Assembly (NCBI RefSeq): GCF_006345805.1 | Contig: NC_043005.1 | Span: forward strand, 71,610,001 to 71,674,000 | Direction: 5' to 3' | DNA: 64,000 nucleotides | DNA from: Octopus sinensis | Lineage: Eukaryota | In this document: positions 37,315 to 51,141 of the stretch, one piece after another | Layout: the number at the start of each line of letters is the position of its first letter | Numbering within the stretch: position 1 is the stretch's first letter | Program-made: the position numbers and the translations under genes | The notes under the pieces: model-generated | Told to the model about the DNA's origin: nothing | The model's input: only the letters and a program-made list of their open reading frames with translations | Databases searched by the model: none

Positions 37315-38454
37315 TATTCATGCATGTGTGTGCGTGTGTGATTCTGTATAGTGACATTAAGTGACAGTAGTAGATTTGCATCACTGACATACAGATGTCA
37401 TTGATAATATGAAGGGCATGTAGTTACAGAAAATCTGTCTCAACAATATAAATTTTTCATTATATATATATATATTATATATATACATGAGTAAGCTCAT
37501 AAATGCAATGCAAGGTGAAAAATAGTTCTAATATATTATAAAGATTTTTTTCACGTCTAATAAAAATATATGTTTGTATATGTGTATATATATATATATT
37601 ATATATGTGTGTGTGTGTGTGTGTGGTGTGTATATATATATACATATACATATACACACACACATATACTTACACAAATATACATATAATATGTACATAT
37701 ATACACACATACATATATATATATATATATAACTATATATATATACACATCCACCCATATATATATATATATATTATATATATATAATATATATTATTGA
37801 TACATAGATATACATACATATTTTAAGAAAGCTTTTTCTAAAATAAACAGTTATTTATTATTATGTAAAAAAAACCTCTAACAAACAGAATGACATGAAC
37901 CTTTTAGATAGAAACTTTTTGATTGTGCTAAGCACTTTCACTGCTTATAGCATGTATACATATACATATATTCATACATACATGCATATATATATTATAT
38001 ATATATAGACCCACATCTACATAGACATATATATCTTACTGGTAATTAAAATAATTCATTTTTCATTTTTGTCTGTGAAGGTTTCCGGAATTTTTTACAT
38101 CGTGTTCACCCCAAACCTATCACATGGCCACTGAAATTGTTCGCCACAACATTTCATTTACATCTACGTTTTTACAAAAGCTTCATTTCAATGAATCTAT
38201 TCAATTCACAGACACTTCTGAATAATAACAATATTCACTTCTGTGTCATTATTCCCATCTTTTTTTCTTTATACCATTGTGGCTATTATACTTTTTAATA
38301 CAACAACAAAAATTGATTTTAAGTTAGGTATTAGCTCCTTTGATGTTTGACTATTTGTAACTTGGAATGGTGTTTTTATTTATTTATTTATCTATTTATT
38401 TATTTTTGTGGTGGGGTGGCGGGGTTGCTGTTGTTGATGTCTGAACAAGCAGAC

Positions 38455-38741
38455 CTGTGGTCAATGTCATACCCGATGCTCTAGAAATAGCAACCAAATC
38501 TTCAACGATTCACAGTTTAATGTCTTTAAAACACACAAACAAGCCACATAATCTTAGTGAGAATGCTTTTCACTGTTTGCTTGTTTGATCAGAGATGAAA
38601 CGGTAGATAAAACGATCTTCAAAAGATGAGAATACAAAAATATTCTTCCTAAACATACAAGCAAACAGCCACAGCTGGAAAGTTTTCTAGTCTCTATCAG
38701 AGCTGACCTCTGGTTAAACAATAATCACTATGTTTTGAAGT

Positions 38742-38779
<38 letters not shown>

Positions 38780-38825
38780 AAAGCTTTTGAAAAATTCCTG
38801 GCTTTGAGGACCTCTAAAGACTTGG
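38455..38825 (+). repeat. dispersed repeat; uninterrupted homologue of 43550-44090
   Basis: GGTCAATGTCATAC..CTAGAAATAGCA.CCAAATCTTCAACGATTCACAGTTTAATG.. is shared by both copies. Confidence 0.85.
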
Positions 38826-39654
38826 CTGGATGTTCAACCTTCCAAGTTCTTTTACAGGACTTAGTAAAGCTGAAAGACCACTGCAAAAAGTGTATGAATC
38901 TGAGGGGAGTATGTTGAATAAAAACAATTAAATGACCCTCCTGTATTTTCTTATGCTCAAATCTGGAAACTTTTCAGCACTCCCTCATATGTTCCTGCTT
39001 TATTTTCTACTCTTTTCGATATTTCATTCATTAGACAGTGAATATGGAAAGGTACAACTGAAGTGTTTTAGTTGATCAGATTATCCACAGTACATATTTG
39101 AAGTCTGGAATTCTGTTAGTTTCCTTTCATTGAAGCATTACGATATGAAAATGTCATCAGACTAACACGTTGTCAAGCAATAGAAGACATACATAAACCA
39201 AAGATGTGTACATGCATGCACACATAACATAGACATACACACACATATACATAAATCTATCAATATTCATCTATGTTTATATCTATATATAAGCACTCAC
39301 ACACATACATGCACACACAAGCACACTTATATCAAGAAAAAAAAACAGAACAAAAATCCAAGAGATAGTTTATGGCCCTGGGCTTTGTAGAAGACATTTG
39401 CCCAAGGTGTTGGGCAGTGAGACTGAATACAAAACGATATTCTTGGTAAAAGGTCTTCTATTTTTGCCAAATGATTAGCAGAGAACTCAATAAAATTGGA
39501 AAAAACAGACAAAGAAAGAATAATAGGGTTTAGAGAAAGAATATAATGATGTATGAATGGAGTTAAAACAGAGGAACACTTGAAAATATCAAACTACATT
39601 CTGAAACAGTCAAATGACTGAAGCAAGCAGAAGAATATATATATATATATAAAA

Positions 39655-39920
39655 TATTATTAGAGACAAAACCACTATTTTGCAAAACAAACAAGGAAAG
39701 AATTTGAAACTGACTTATTGGAAGTCCACCTGAAGATGTCGATCAAGACAAGTAACAATTGTAGTGGCGGTTTTTTTGACTATTTATTAAAATTTTATGT
39801 ATGATTAAGTCCGACTTGTTTGTTTTGCAAAATAGTGGTTTTGTCTCTAATAATATTTTATAATATTTTACTATAAATTGGATTTAATCTAAATCTGATT
39901 TTTTCCGTGTAAATTTGGAT
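39655..39920. mobile_element. second copy of the 6381 palindromic PLE-like element (short left arm)
   Basis: Same start TTAGAGACAAAACCACTATTTTGC and same tail TTGGATTTATTCCC; contains CCAC-CTGAAGA-TGTC-GATCAA-GACAA-GTAAC-AATT-GTA-GTGG at 39726-39767. Confidence 0.8.
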
Positions 39921-39938
39921 TTATTCCCTAATATTTAT

Positions 39939-39981
<43 letters not shown>

Positions 39982-40182
39982 AGTAACAGGTTTTGTTGAA
40001 TTTTCTGCTGCTTTAAATAAAGTATATATATATATATATATCGATATAGATATAGAGATAGGTAAATACATACACACATACATACATACATACATACATA
40101 CATAAATAGATACACATTCACACACATATATATACACGCATATTTATACAATACATACATACATACATACATACATGCATAC

Positions 40183-40234
<52 letters not shown>

Positions 40235-40468
40235 TTATTTATATATATGTGTCTGTGTGTGTATGTATATATATATATATGCTAGCATGAAAGGTGGATG
40301 TTAAACGATGATGATGATGATGATGATGATGATGACGGTGATATATATTTCTATGTATTGCAATCCACTTTTATTTCCAACATATTACATATACAGACGC
40401 ATGAGTGTTTGCGATGTGTGTATGTGTAAGTGTGTGTGCATATGCATATATCACAGAGTTTGAGAAAT

Positions 40469-40609
40469 TCAATCTGGTAAACATGATATCTTGCTGAAAA
40501 CAATCTTCACCAACAAAATTATGAAGACAGTGAAAAATATGATGCTAATGAATATGGACAATGTCAGATAAAATGCACGGCGCTGAACTTTTGTGTATAA
40601 ACTTTCTCC
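40469..40609 (-). CDS. candidate terminal exon encoding a C-terminal transmembrane helix
   Basis: After TTCATTATAAG| the frame reads GESLYTKVQRRAFYLTLSIFISIIFFTVFIILLVKIVFSKISCLPD*; CGC/CGT codons in a CpG-poor background; could be a decayed (ATG)n repeat. Confidence 0.25.
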   Translation of the reverse strand, partial: GESLYTKVQRRAFYLTLSIFISIIFFTVFIILLVKIVFSKISCLPD

Positions 40610-42195
40610 GCTTATAATGAAATTATATTCACTCAAGTAATTGACTGCTACTTGTTTTATGAACCCAAAATGAATAATAAAAGCTAAATTTGACACATGG
40701 TCTGGTTTGAACCCAGATTGCAGAGGTTCATAGATAAATGCCAGAATGTATTTTGTTTAACACACTAACAGTTTTGAATTATTTGTAGCATTGATTCAAG
40801 GGTAGCAGGCTAAATCTTCGAAGTCACTATTACTTCACTTCTTGTAAAAGATTAATACACATCCTAGGATAATTTTTTACATTTCTTAACATTATTTGTG
40901 TAACCTTAATTCACAAATAAAGAAATTATATCCAACAATGCGGTGCTGAGCACTCATTTTCATAATTTGACATAAAATCCCAAATTGATACTCATTATTA
41001 GGCAGTACATCAACTCATCAGAGAAATGGATGAATTTCCATGTAGTTAATTGACTGATAGAGATGCTGTTTATGAAAAAGGTGTTATTTAAAAAGTTATT
41101 GGTATAGTTGTGTATTGGTATAAACTTGAGCTTAAATGTTTGAAAAAATAAATCCATGGTAATATAAATCCATATATATATATAAAAACCTAATATATTT
41201 ATATATATATAGATAAAACCCTAATATATATATATATAAAACCCTAATTTTAAATCAAATAAAGTTTAATCATAATAATTAGATATAATGTATAATCATA
41301 TTTTTTATTATTTAGTATTATGAGAATATATCTACTTATTTATATATAAATGTAAGATGATATCTAATTAACTTCTAATTTCAGATATTTTAGTTTCTTA
41401 ATAAAAATCTATAGTATAGTATTAGATGATATTATTCTAAACTTTTAATCTTTCTTTAGAAACTCAAGTTTAAGAATAACGTCAATTTTAAGGATAATAG
41501 TATAATCAATATATATTAATTGTATTATAATTATAGAAATAATAAAAAATTAAATTTTTACTGATTTTACTGTCTTTTACTTAGTTCAAAATATTTTTAA
41601 TTATTTTAAAATTTTATGTTGAGTTACCTATTTACCAACATAGAAGTTTATTATTTATCAAAGTTAACATAAAAACAAATTAAATTAACCAGAAGTTGGA
41701 TTATACAATTGATGGTAGCCATGTTTAATTCATGGAGAGAAAGTTACCATACAGATAAGTTAAAATTTCTTTTTACTACCATTTGTTTTTCCTAGTTTTA
41801 TTCCACATTTCTGTTCATTATGTACTAAAGTAAAATCATTCCAACAACTTCTAGTTATATAATTTGTCATGTCTTAATATACGATGTAAATAGCAAAATA
41901 AATTCATATAAGATAGACCCAATGATTGGCAATATAATCATTTTAATATGGTAATTTATAGGGACATTCTATTTTAGCAACATCAAAGAATATGTTGTCA
42001 TGAAACGTGTGTAGCCATGATAATGTAAAGTATATGATTTGTAATAAGAATTGAAGGTATTAATTTTGATAATTTGGAATAAGAATTGTAAGTATTAATT
42101 TTGATAATTTTAATATTTAGTTCTATATGTACTTATTGTGGATAATGTCATTCAATGATGATTGAGTTGCTTGAGGGTGATTCTGTCTCTTAAAC

Positions 42196-42292
<97 letters not shown>

Positions 42293-42296
42293 TGTG

Positions 42297-42570
42297 TGGA
42301 GGCACATAGCCTAGTGGTTAGAGTAGTGGTCTTATGGTCGAGGGATCACAGTTTCGAATCTCAGACCAGGTGATGTGTGTGTTTATGAGTGAAACACCTA
42401 AGCTCCATGCGGCTCTGGCAGAAGGTTATGGTGAACTTCTGTTTACTCTTTTGCCACAACTTTCTCTCACCTGCAATAGACCAGCATCCAGGTGGGGAAC
42501 CTATACGCCAAGGAAACCGGAAAACCAGCCCTTATGAGCCAGGCATGGCTCGAGAAGGAACAAACAAACA
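42297..42570 (+). mobile_element. tRNA-derived SINE (head GGCACATAGCCTAGTGGTTAGAG..GTTTCGAATCTCAGACCAGG)
   Basis: tRNA-like A and B boxes, then a body homologous to 26380-26520 (minus). Confidence 0.8.
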
Positions 42571-42624
42571 AACATATATATGCATAGAAAATATAAATAA
42601 TATATATAACATATATACACGCAT

Positions 42625-42925
42625 GAAAAAACATTCGAGCGAGGTCGTTGCCAGTGCTGCTGGACTGGTTCCTGTGCAGATGGCATGTAAAATCACCATT
42701 TGAGCGTGGCTGTTGCCAGTACCACCTGACTGGCCCTTGTGCCGGTGGCATGTAAAAGCACCCACTACACTCTGAGTGGTTGGTGTTAGGAAGGGCATCC
42801 AGCTGTAGAAACTCTGCCAGATCAGACCAGAGCCTGGTGCAGCCATCTGGTTTGCCAGTCCTCAGTCAAATCGTCCAACCCATGCTAGTATGGAGAGCAG
42901 ACGTTCAACGATGATGATGATGATA
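42625..42925 (+). mobile_element. SINE family C
   Basis: Collinear with 23215-23464, ends in (GAT)n. Confidence 0.85.
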
Positions 42926-43691
42926 TACACAATAGACTTCTGGAGTGCCATGCAGTAAAACTGAACCTGGAGTGATGTGGCTGGGAAGCAAGCTTCTTAT
43001 CCCACAGCCACACCTAGGTGTTACATTTGTAGAACCAATACATTATCTGACTGAATGCATTATATTACTTAGATACAGTCTTTATATTTTGAGTTCAAAC
43101 TCCACCAAGGTCGGCTTTACCTTTCATTGCCCTGGAGTCAATAAAATAAAGTATTTATTTATGTATTGTGATTGATTTGTTTGATTATACCCTCCACACC
43201 AATATGTGTGGCCTCGTGACATTATTAGCAATCAATAATATGTAGGATGATGATGTTTTTTTGAAATGTCCTTTGCTACCTAAAACTATAAACAAGTTGG
43301 ATCATAAGACAGCCGTGTGTTGTTGTTATTGTATTGTTAACCTTGAGTATTATTGTATTTTTATCATATTATTGTTATTGTATAGCTACCCTGATTGTGG
43401 ATGCATAGTAAAATGTATACATCCAATCACCATGATTTCAGGTTCAATCCCACAGCATGGCATCTTGGCCAAGAGTCTCATAAGGCTTATGTATGTATAT
43501 ATTTACACAGCGGCAATTATGCAGATAAACAAATTAAATATCTTAAATATGGTCAATGTCATACTTGATTCTCTAGAAATAGCAGCCAAATCTTCAACGA
43601 TTCACAGTTTAATGGCTTAAAACAAACAAACACACTACATGGTCTTGGTGAGAATGTTTTTCACTGTTTGCCTGTTTGATCAGAGATGAAA

Positions 43692-43925
43692 TCTTTATAT
43701 ATAAAAGTGAAGTTGTGTGTCTGTCTCTTACGATTTAGATTCCTAGAGCCCTTCTGGATATTAGCGCACATCTACGATGAGTCTACGATTAAAAAAAAAA
43801 TTTACCATCATTTTTTCCCATTTTTAATGCACTTTTTTGCTATTATATAAGGGAAGTAACTCTCTAAAAATGCTTGTATAATTATTTCCCTTACAAACCC
43901 GAGCAACGCCAGGTGATACTTCTAA
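43692..43925 (+). mobile_element. non-autonomous Helitron (~234 bp)
   Basis: 5' TC (TCTTTATATATAAAAG), subterminal CCCGAGCAACGCCAGG hairpin remnant, 3' CTAA (CTRR); inserted A|T with no TSD relative to the empty site at ~38600. Confidence 0.8.
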
Positions 43926-44549
43926 TGATAGATAAAATGATCTTCAAAAATGTTGTTCCTAAATATACAAACAAATCACCACCCTATTAGAGCTGACCTG
44001 TGGTTAAACAATAACCAATATATTTTCAAGCACACACACACATGAGAAGCTGTTGAAAAAGTTTTGGCTTCAAGGACCTTTAAAGACCTTATGGAATTGA
44101 TCCCTTGTAAAACATCAGAGTCTAAGTTTGAATCCTTTGAGCACTACTAAGTGTCCTCTATACTGAGAATCCCTAATGTCCCCCTTGTCTTAGTGTGATA
44201 GTTGTAAAATGAGTGTCACTGTCATACAAGCAGAGTCATTTATTTCCGATATTCTGCGGAAACAAGTCTAGTCATGGGAAATATTAAATTTGATTGGAAA
44301 CATGTGAGAGCTGACGGCAGAAATGTCATCAGGCCATAGAAAATCTACCTGGACATATTCCATCCGACCCATGCAAGCATGAAAAAAGGATGTTAAAATT
44401 ACAATGATAAGGATTAGATTATTCTTATGCTAACTCTTATCAAGAAGAACTGTCATCAAAAACATTTTCAGTATGACCATCTTCAAATGCTTCAGACATT
44501 GTCTATCTGAGACAACGCTATCAAATGTATCCTTGTTATAAAAGTATAC

Positions 44550-44955
44550 TCTTTACTCTCTTTTACTTGTTTCAGTCATTTGACTGTGGCCATGCTGGAG
44601 CACCATCTTTAGTCGAGCAAATCGACCCCAAGACTTACTCTTCATAAGCCTAGTACTTATTCTATCGGTCTCTTTTGCCAAACCACTAAGTTACGGGGAC
44701 GAAAACCTTCCAGCATCGGTTGTCAAGCAATGTTGGGGAGACAAATACAGACACACAAACATATACACACATACACACACACATATATATATATACATAT
44801 ATACGACTGGCTTCTTTCAGTTTCCGTCTACCAAATCCACTCACAAGGCTTTGGTCAGCCCGAAGCTATAGTAGAACGCACTAGCCCAAGGTGCCACGCA
44901 CTGGGACTGAACCCAGAACCATGTGGTTCGTGAGCAAGCTCACTTACCACACAGC
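44550..44955 (-). mobile_element. SINE family A, near full length
   Basis: Reverse complement of the 20383 copy. Confidence 0.9.
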
Positions 44956-45239
44956 CACTCACTCCTACGCCTACAGGAGTACCATTTGATAAAAAAAAAA
45001 AATGAATTGGCATTTTGAATGTCCTTGAAGAGGCTCCAGATTTTAGACAGCAAAGCAGTCTATAGCAACAAACATCACACTGTTATATCTTAACAGCAGC
45101 ATGCAACCAGCCTGGGGAGTCTTGCTTGAACAAACTCTGTACAATGCACTTCATCTTATTGAAAACTAGAAGTTTGTGCTTCATTTGCCTTCACAGTGGT
45201 TGTTATTCTAAACAAAACTGTTTTTAACCTTGTTGCACA

Positions 45240-45304
45240 TTTACCACCGCTACCACCACTGTTTCTGCTACTATGACTACTACTGCTGCTGCTGTTGTTT
45301 TTGT

Positions 45305-45347
<43 letters not shown>

Positions 45348-46030
45348 ATGGCCTTGTTATTATATTCCTGTTCGCTTGGCTGTATTTTAATTTCAAAGAG
45401 TCCAATTCAAAATCAATACAGTTACTTATTTCATGTAGGAAATTTCCTTGTGTCTTTTTATGGTAGAGAAAAACTCAAGCTTTTATCTCTCTACCCCAGC
45501 ACCCCTTTGTTTCTCTCTCAAATATCACCACCACCACCACCACCACATCATGAACAACAATAAAAACAATGGGAATGCTATAATCCACCCCCACCATCAC
45601 CACTCCGCCGCCGCTGCCTCCACCACCACCACCACCACCACCATTATGACAACCACCACCATCACCACCACCACCACCACCACCATCACCACCACCACCA
45701 CCATCACTACCACCACCGCGATCATTACTGCTATCACCATGACCACCATGACCACCACCACCGCCGCTACCGCCGTGACCACCAACACCATCACCACCGC
45801 TATCACTACCACCACCACCATCACTACCACCACCACCACCACCATCACTACCACTACCACTATCATCACTGCTATCACCATGACCACCACCACCATCGCC
45901 CACATCATCATCACCACAACCACCATCACCATCACTACTATCACCACCATCACCACTGCTATCGCCATCACCACCACCATTACCTTTCCATCTCCTGCCA
46001 TCCCTCCCCAATTTAACAAGACCACTATTG
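45240..46030. repeat. (CTG/GTT)n then long degenerate (ACC/ATC)n repeat
   Basis: Explains the 197-223 aa poly-Thr/Val/Gly ORFs. Confidence 0.9.
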
Positions 46031-46249
46031 CCACAATTACAATGAACCGTAAGAATTTGTTGGAACATAGACTCTTGTCTTTTTCTACCTCTCTGTCACA
46101 CACAAGCAACCGCATATAGGCACATATGTGTACGTGCATAAAAGCACAAAGGGACATAAACACATACACATTGTATGATCCTGATAGATTTTCTGGTTTT
46201 GAAATGTAAAACATGACTAAATGATATGAGCAAATGGGAGTGAATACAT

Positions 46250-46380
<131 letters not shown>

Positions 46381-46397
46381 ACCTACCTATCTATTTA

Positions 46398-46436
<39 letters not shown>

Positions 46437-46789
46437 TATATAGGTAAATAGATAGGTAGGTAGGTAGATAGATAGATAGATGGTGTGTGTATGTGCATAT
46501 ATACGCATAGCAAAGCACAATCCCACAACACAAATTCTAAGAACATTAAAATAGTAGTCTGGTTGTACATACACCTTTTAATATTGTAATTCTACAAGTA
46601 TTATACATACATGTATAAATATGTGTGTAAGTGTACACACTCATAATCATGTGCATAGAGAGAGAGGGGGCAGAGAGATACAGAGAGAGAAAGAGACATA
46701 CAGAGAGAGAGAGAGAGAGTTAGCGATTGATAGGTAGATAGATAGATAGATAGATAGCAACATAGACAGATAGGCAGACAGATAGCAAC

Positions 46790-46843
<54 letters not shown>

Positions 46844-47574
46844 GGATGGATGTATGGACAGATGGATGGATAGATTGATGGGTAAGCAGACAGATAGCAA
46901 CATGGATAGATAGACAGAAAGATAGACAGAGGGAGAGAGGGAGAGAGAGATAGGTAGTCTAATTCATTCTAATTTCCGTTTGTAGTTTTTACCTAAAGAT
47001 TTAAAACAAATTGTTTATGTTTTTATAGCTGTTGTTGCCTTTGTAATTGTATTTAAAGTTTTTAAGTTCAAACTTCAATTTCAATAATTGTTTCTCTCTT
47101 CCAAGTAATTCATTTTTACTTTGAAGATAAAGTATTTCTTTTTTTGTTTTTTTTTATGGATTTTTTTGGGTTTTGCATTTGTTTTCTTTTTCCAAGTTAT
47201 TTTTCACATTTGATTTATTAAAAGTAAATTCCATCTGATTTAGAGAGTTGGAGCAGTAGCAGAGAATCAGTTGACATGGAGTGCCTTGTGAAGGTTGTTT
47301 GGATAAGGAGATATATAAAGTGTCAGAGTGCATAGTGGAGTCCAGTGCATTTGTGTGTGTGTGTGTTTAATTTATGTGTGCTTGGTGAGAGAAATGTGTG
47401 GGGGTGAAGCTGTTTGATAAGAGGAGGACTAAGGATTTGATTGGTATGCTGGGGCTGGAGGAATCGGTGGAATGGTTGGTGAGGGTGAATGGAGTGAGGT
47501 GGTATGGGTATGTGTTGAGGAGGAATGAAGAGCATGTTCTGAGGAGGGTGATTGCATTTGAGGTAAATGGAGCA

Positions 47575-47800
47575 TGAAATTCAGGTAGACTGAGGAACAA
47601 GTGGAGGGGACAGGTGCAGGAGAAGATAGGTAGGGTTGGTTTGAAAAAAGGAGGACGCCCAAAACCAGGCAAGATGGCGAGATGCTGTGAGGGCAGTTGC
47701 TATGGCATTGAGGTAGATCTGGCCACCTCTGTTAACTGGGACAAAACCTGGATTTAAAACACTAGTTGATGATGATGATGATGATCCTGATAATGATGAT
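47575..47800 (+). mobile_element. RTE-clade LINE 3' end with (GAT)n tail
   Basis: With frameshifts reads GRLRNKWRD..VQEKIGRVGLKKEDAQNQARWRDAVRAVA, then GATCTGGCCACCTCTGTTAACTGGGACAAAACCTGGAT and (GAT)n. Confidence 0.7.
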
Positions 47801-48267
47801 GATATAAATACAGCTTTCTCCATAGCTCCACATAAAATACAATTTTGAAAATCAACAAATGTGAAACCGGTTAAATATGTGTGTGTGTGTGTGTGTATGT
47901 GTGTGTGTATAAAATATTTATTACATTAAAGGGTTTTAAAGCCAATATTTACACACTGTAATTTATAGTTTTATTTCTTTCAAGTTTCACTGTTTCAGAA
48001 AAGAATTTTATCTAACACATACACACACACATACACACACATACACACAGAGTTCTTTTGGTCAAATTTCTTACTTGGCAGCCACTATGTTGCAGCTCTG
48101 AAGAAGATAAAGGAGCAAGTCCGTTCTTCATTTCTTTCAATCAATCAGTTATGGATCAACTGATAAATGGGATTATAGCACAAGGGAACTAGGTTTTTCC
48201 AGTTTTAGCAGAAACATGTGTAACCTTACTGGAATAAAATGTATAAACATCCATTATCTGATTACAT

Positions 48268-48298
<31 letters not shown>

Positions 48299-48309
48299 TT
48301 CACCTCTCT

Positions 48310-48815
<506 letters not shown>

Positions 48816-48934
48816 GTTTGCCTATCAAATTTGATGATAGCCTATACAGAAGCTAGATTAGAAAAAGTTCTGTTTTTTATATACAGTGAGAAAGAGTAGT
48901 GTGTACATCAGACTCAATCTCTCAGTCTTACACA

Positions 48935-49095
48935 ATATGCTCTTGGAGTGGTTGACATTAGGAAGGGCATCCAGCTGTAGAAACCTTGCCAAATCAGATT
49001 GGAACCTGGTGCAGCCCCTGCCGGCTTACTGGTTTTCAGCCAAACCATCCAACACATGCCAGCATGGAAAGCAGACGTTAAACGATAATGATAAT
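48935..49095 (+). mobile_element. SINE family C 3' part
   Basis: TTAGGAAGGGCATCCAGCTGTAGAAACC..CATGGAAAGCAGACGTTAAACGAT. Confidence 0.8.
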
Positions 49096-50359
49096 CTATG
49101 GGTCAGCATGAAACTCTAGCAAAAGACACTTGCCCATGGTGCTGTATAGAGGGATTGAACCCAAAATCAAGAACTTCTTAACCACCTACCTCTGTGTATA
49201 TTTGTTTGCTCCAGGTGAACCCTAATCAAACAGACCTCTGATCAAAAGCATTCCATCCATGGCCATCCTGTCTTATTGAAGAACTATTTAGGATTGCATG
49301 ACCTTGTGTGTGTTATTTCCTTTTGAAGTTGGTGTCTTTGCAAGAAGATTTTGGTTACTATGTTATAACAGAAGCCGTCTCCTAGGTGATTGGCATGTCA
49401 TAGGGTAATGTGAAAGGAATAAGAGAGATGGGGTGAGGGGTAGTGATAGGAGGGAGATTAAGGAAGGGACTGATAAGAAGGAAAGGAGTTATAAGAAGAG
49501 GTAAGATAAAGAGGATTAAGTAAAGAGGTAAATAATGGTGGAATTTATGAGGGAGTAGAGAAAAAGATTGATATTGGAAGAGGGAGGTGTGTGAGGAAGG
49601 ATAGAAAAGAGAGAAAAATGGTGAAAATAAAGGAACAAGAGAATAAAGGAACAAGAGAATAAAGGAGCAAGAGAATAAAGGATATAACAATAGAGAGAGA
49701 GTGTATGTGGTTGAAAAAGAGAGGAAGAAAAACAGAAAAGATATTTGTGTGTTTGCAAGGATATAATGGATGTATGATAGTATGAAAGAGAGAGTAAGTT
49801 GAGAGAGAAAGAATAATAGAAAGAACAAGACAGACTGAGAAAGGAAGAATGGAAGAAGGAAGAATGGAAGAAGAAAGAGAGGAGAAGAGAGTATGAAAGA
49901 AAGGGATGAAGAAATAAGGGAAGCAATGGGGGGGAGAATTAGAAAGAGATGAAGAAGAGAGAGGGGTGAAAGGTTAATATTCTTGTTTTTCTTGCCTTTT
50001 GTCATTCGTCAAGCGATAAACAAACAACTGTAGCATTTGCAACAACAGGAACAAGAACATTTAGCATCCCCCACCATTCTCCACCCCCATCCACCAGTGC
50101 ATATTTATATATGTATAAAGTAAGGCAAATAACAATGATATTGTGAAGTTTATTGAAATTCTAATATTAGAACCGAGGGAGTCCATATATGGAGTATATT
50201 AAAATGTACTTTGGTATGTTTGCAAACGGAATATAACCAATGACGACTTTATACACACACACACATACATATACACACACACACACACACACAAACACAT
50301 ATATATTATATAGCTGTATACATATACCATACATACATACATATATATATGTATATATA

Positions 50360-51000
50360 TTTTTTTGTATGCATATACAATGTATATATATTTGTATGCA
50401 TATACAATGTATATATATTTGTACGCATATACAATGTATATATATTTGTATGCATATACAATGTATATATATTTGTACGCATATACAATGTATATATATT
50501 TGTATGCATATACAATGTATATATATTTGTATGCATAAACAATATATATATACTTATTTGTACGCATATACAATGTATATATATTTGTATGCATATACAA
50601 TGTATATATATTTGTATGCATATACAATGTATATATATTTGTATGCATATACAATGTATATATACTTATTTGTACACATATACAATGTATATATATTTGT
50701 ATGCATATACAATGTATATATATTTGTATGCATATACAATGTATATATATTTGTATGCATATACAATGTATATATACTTATTTGTACACATATACAATGT
50801 ATATATATTTGTATGCATATACAATGTATATATATTTGTATGCATATACAATGTATATATATTTGTATGCATATACAATGTATATATACTTATTTGTACA
50901 CATATACAATGTATAATATTTTGTATGCATATACATGTATATATATTTGTATGCATATACAATGTATATATATTTGTATGCATAGACAATATATATATAT
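50360..51000. repeat. 28-bp minisatellite TTTGTATGCATATACAATGTATATATAT with periodic 34-bp variant
   Basis: About 20 units; a variant with TACTTA insertion recurs about every fourth unit from 50550 on. Confidence 0.95.
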
Positions 51001-51031
51001 ACTCATTTGTATACATATACAATATATATAT

Positions 51032-51065
<34 letters not shown>

Positions 51066-51110
51066 ACATATACATATTTGTATACATATATATATATACA
51101 TATATATTTG

Positions 51111-51141
<31 letters not shown>

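Noticed and set aside
40975-41030. Minus-strand CTGATGA followed by a hairpin
   Set aside because: The hairpin is not followed by GAAA.
41160-41700. Extremely AT-rich stretch as possible NUMT, and AAAACCCTAA as telomeric seeds
   Set aside because: No recognisable mitochondrial gene or tRNA; the CCCTAA motifs are isolated, not tandem.
42297-42370. tRNA gene
   Set aside because: tRNA-like A and B boxes run directly into SINE body, and the cloverleaf is degenerate; it is a SINE head.
45448-46214. Longest ORFs in the window (197-223 aa, poly-Thr/Val/Gly)
   Set aside because: Three frames are open only because the region is a degenerate (ACC/ATC)n repeat; no domain or splice context.
49382-50005. 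207-aa Leu/Phe/Ser-rich ORF resembling a membrane protein
   Set aside because: Antisense of a purine-rich (GA) low-complexity tract that includes a 16-bp tandem repeat at ~49627-49680.
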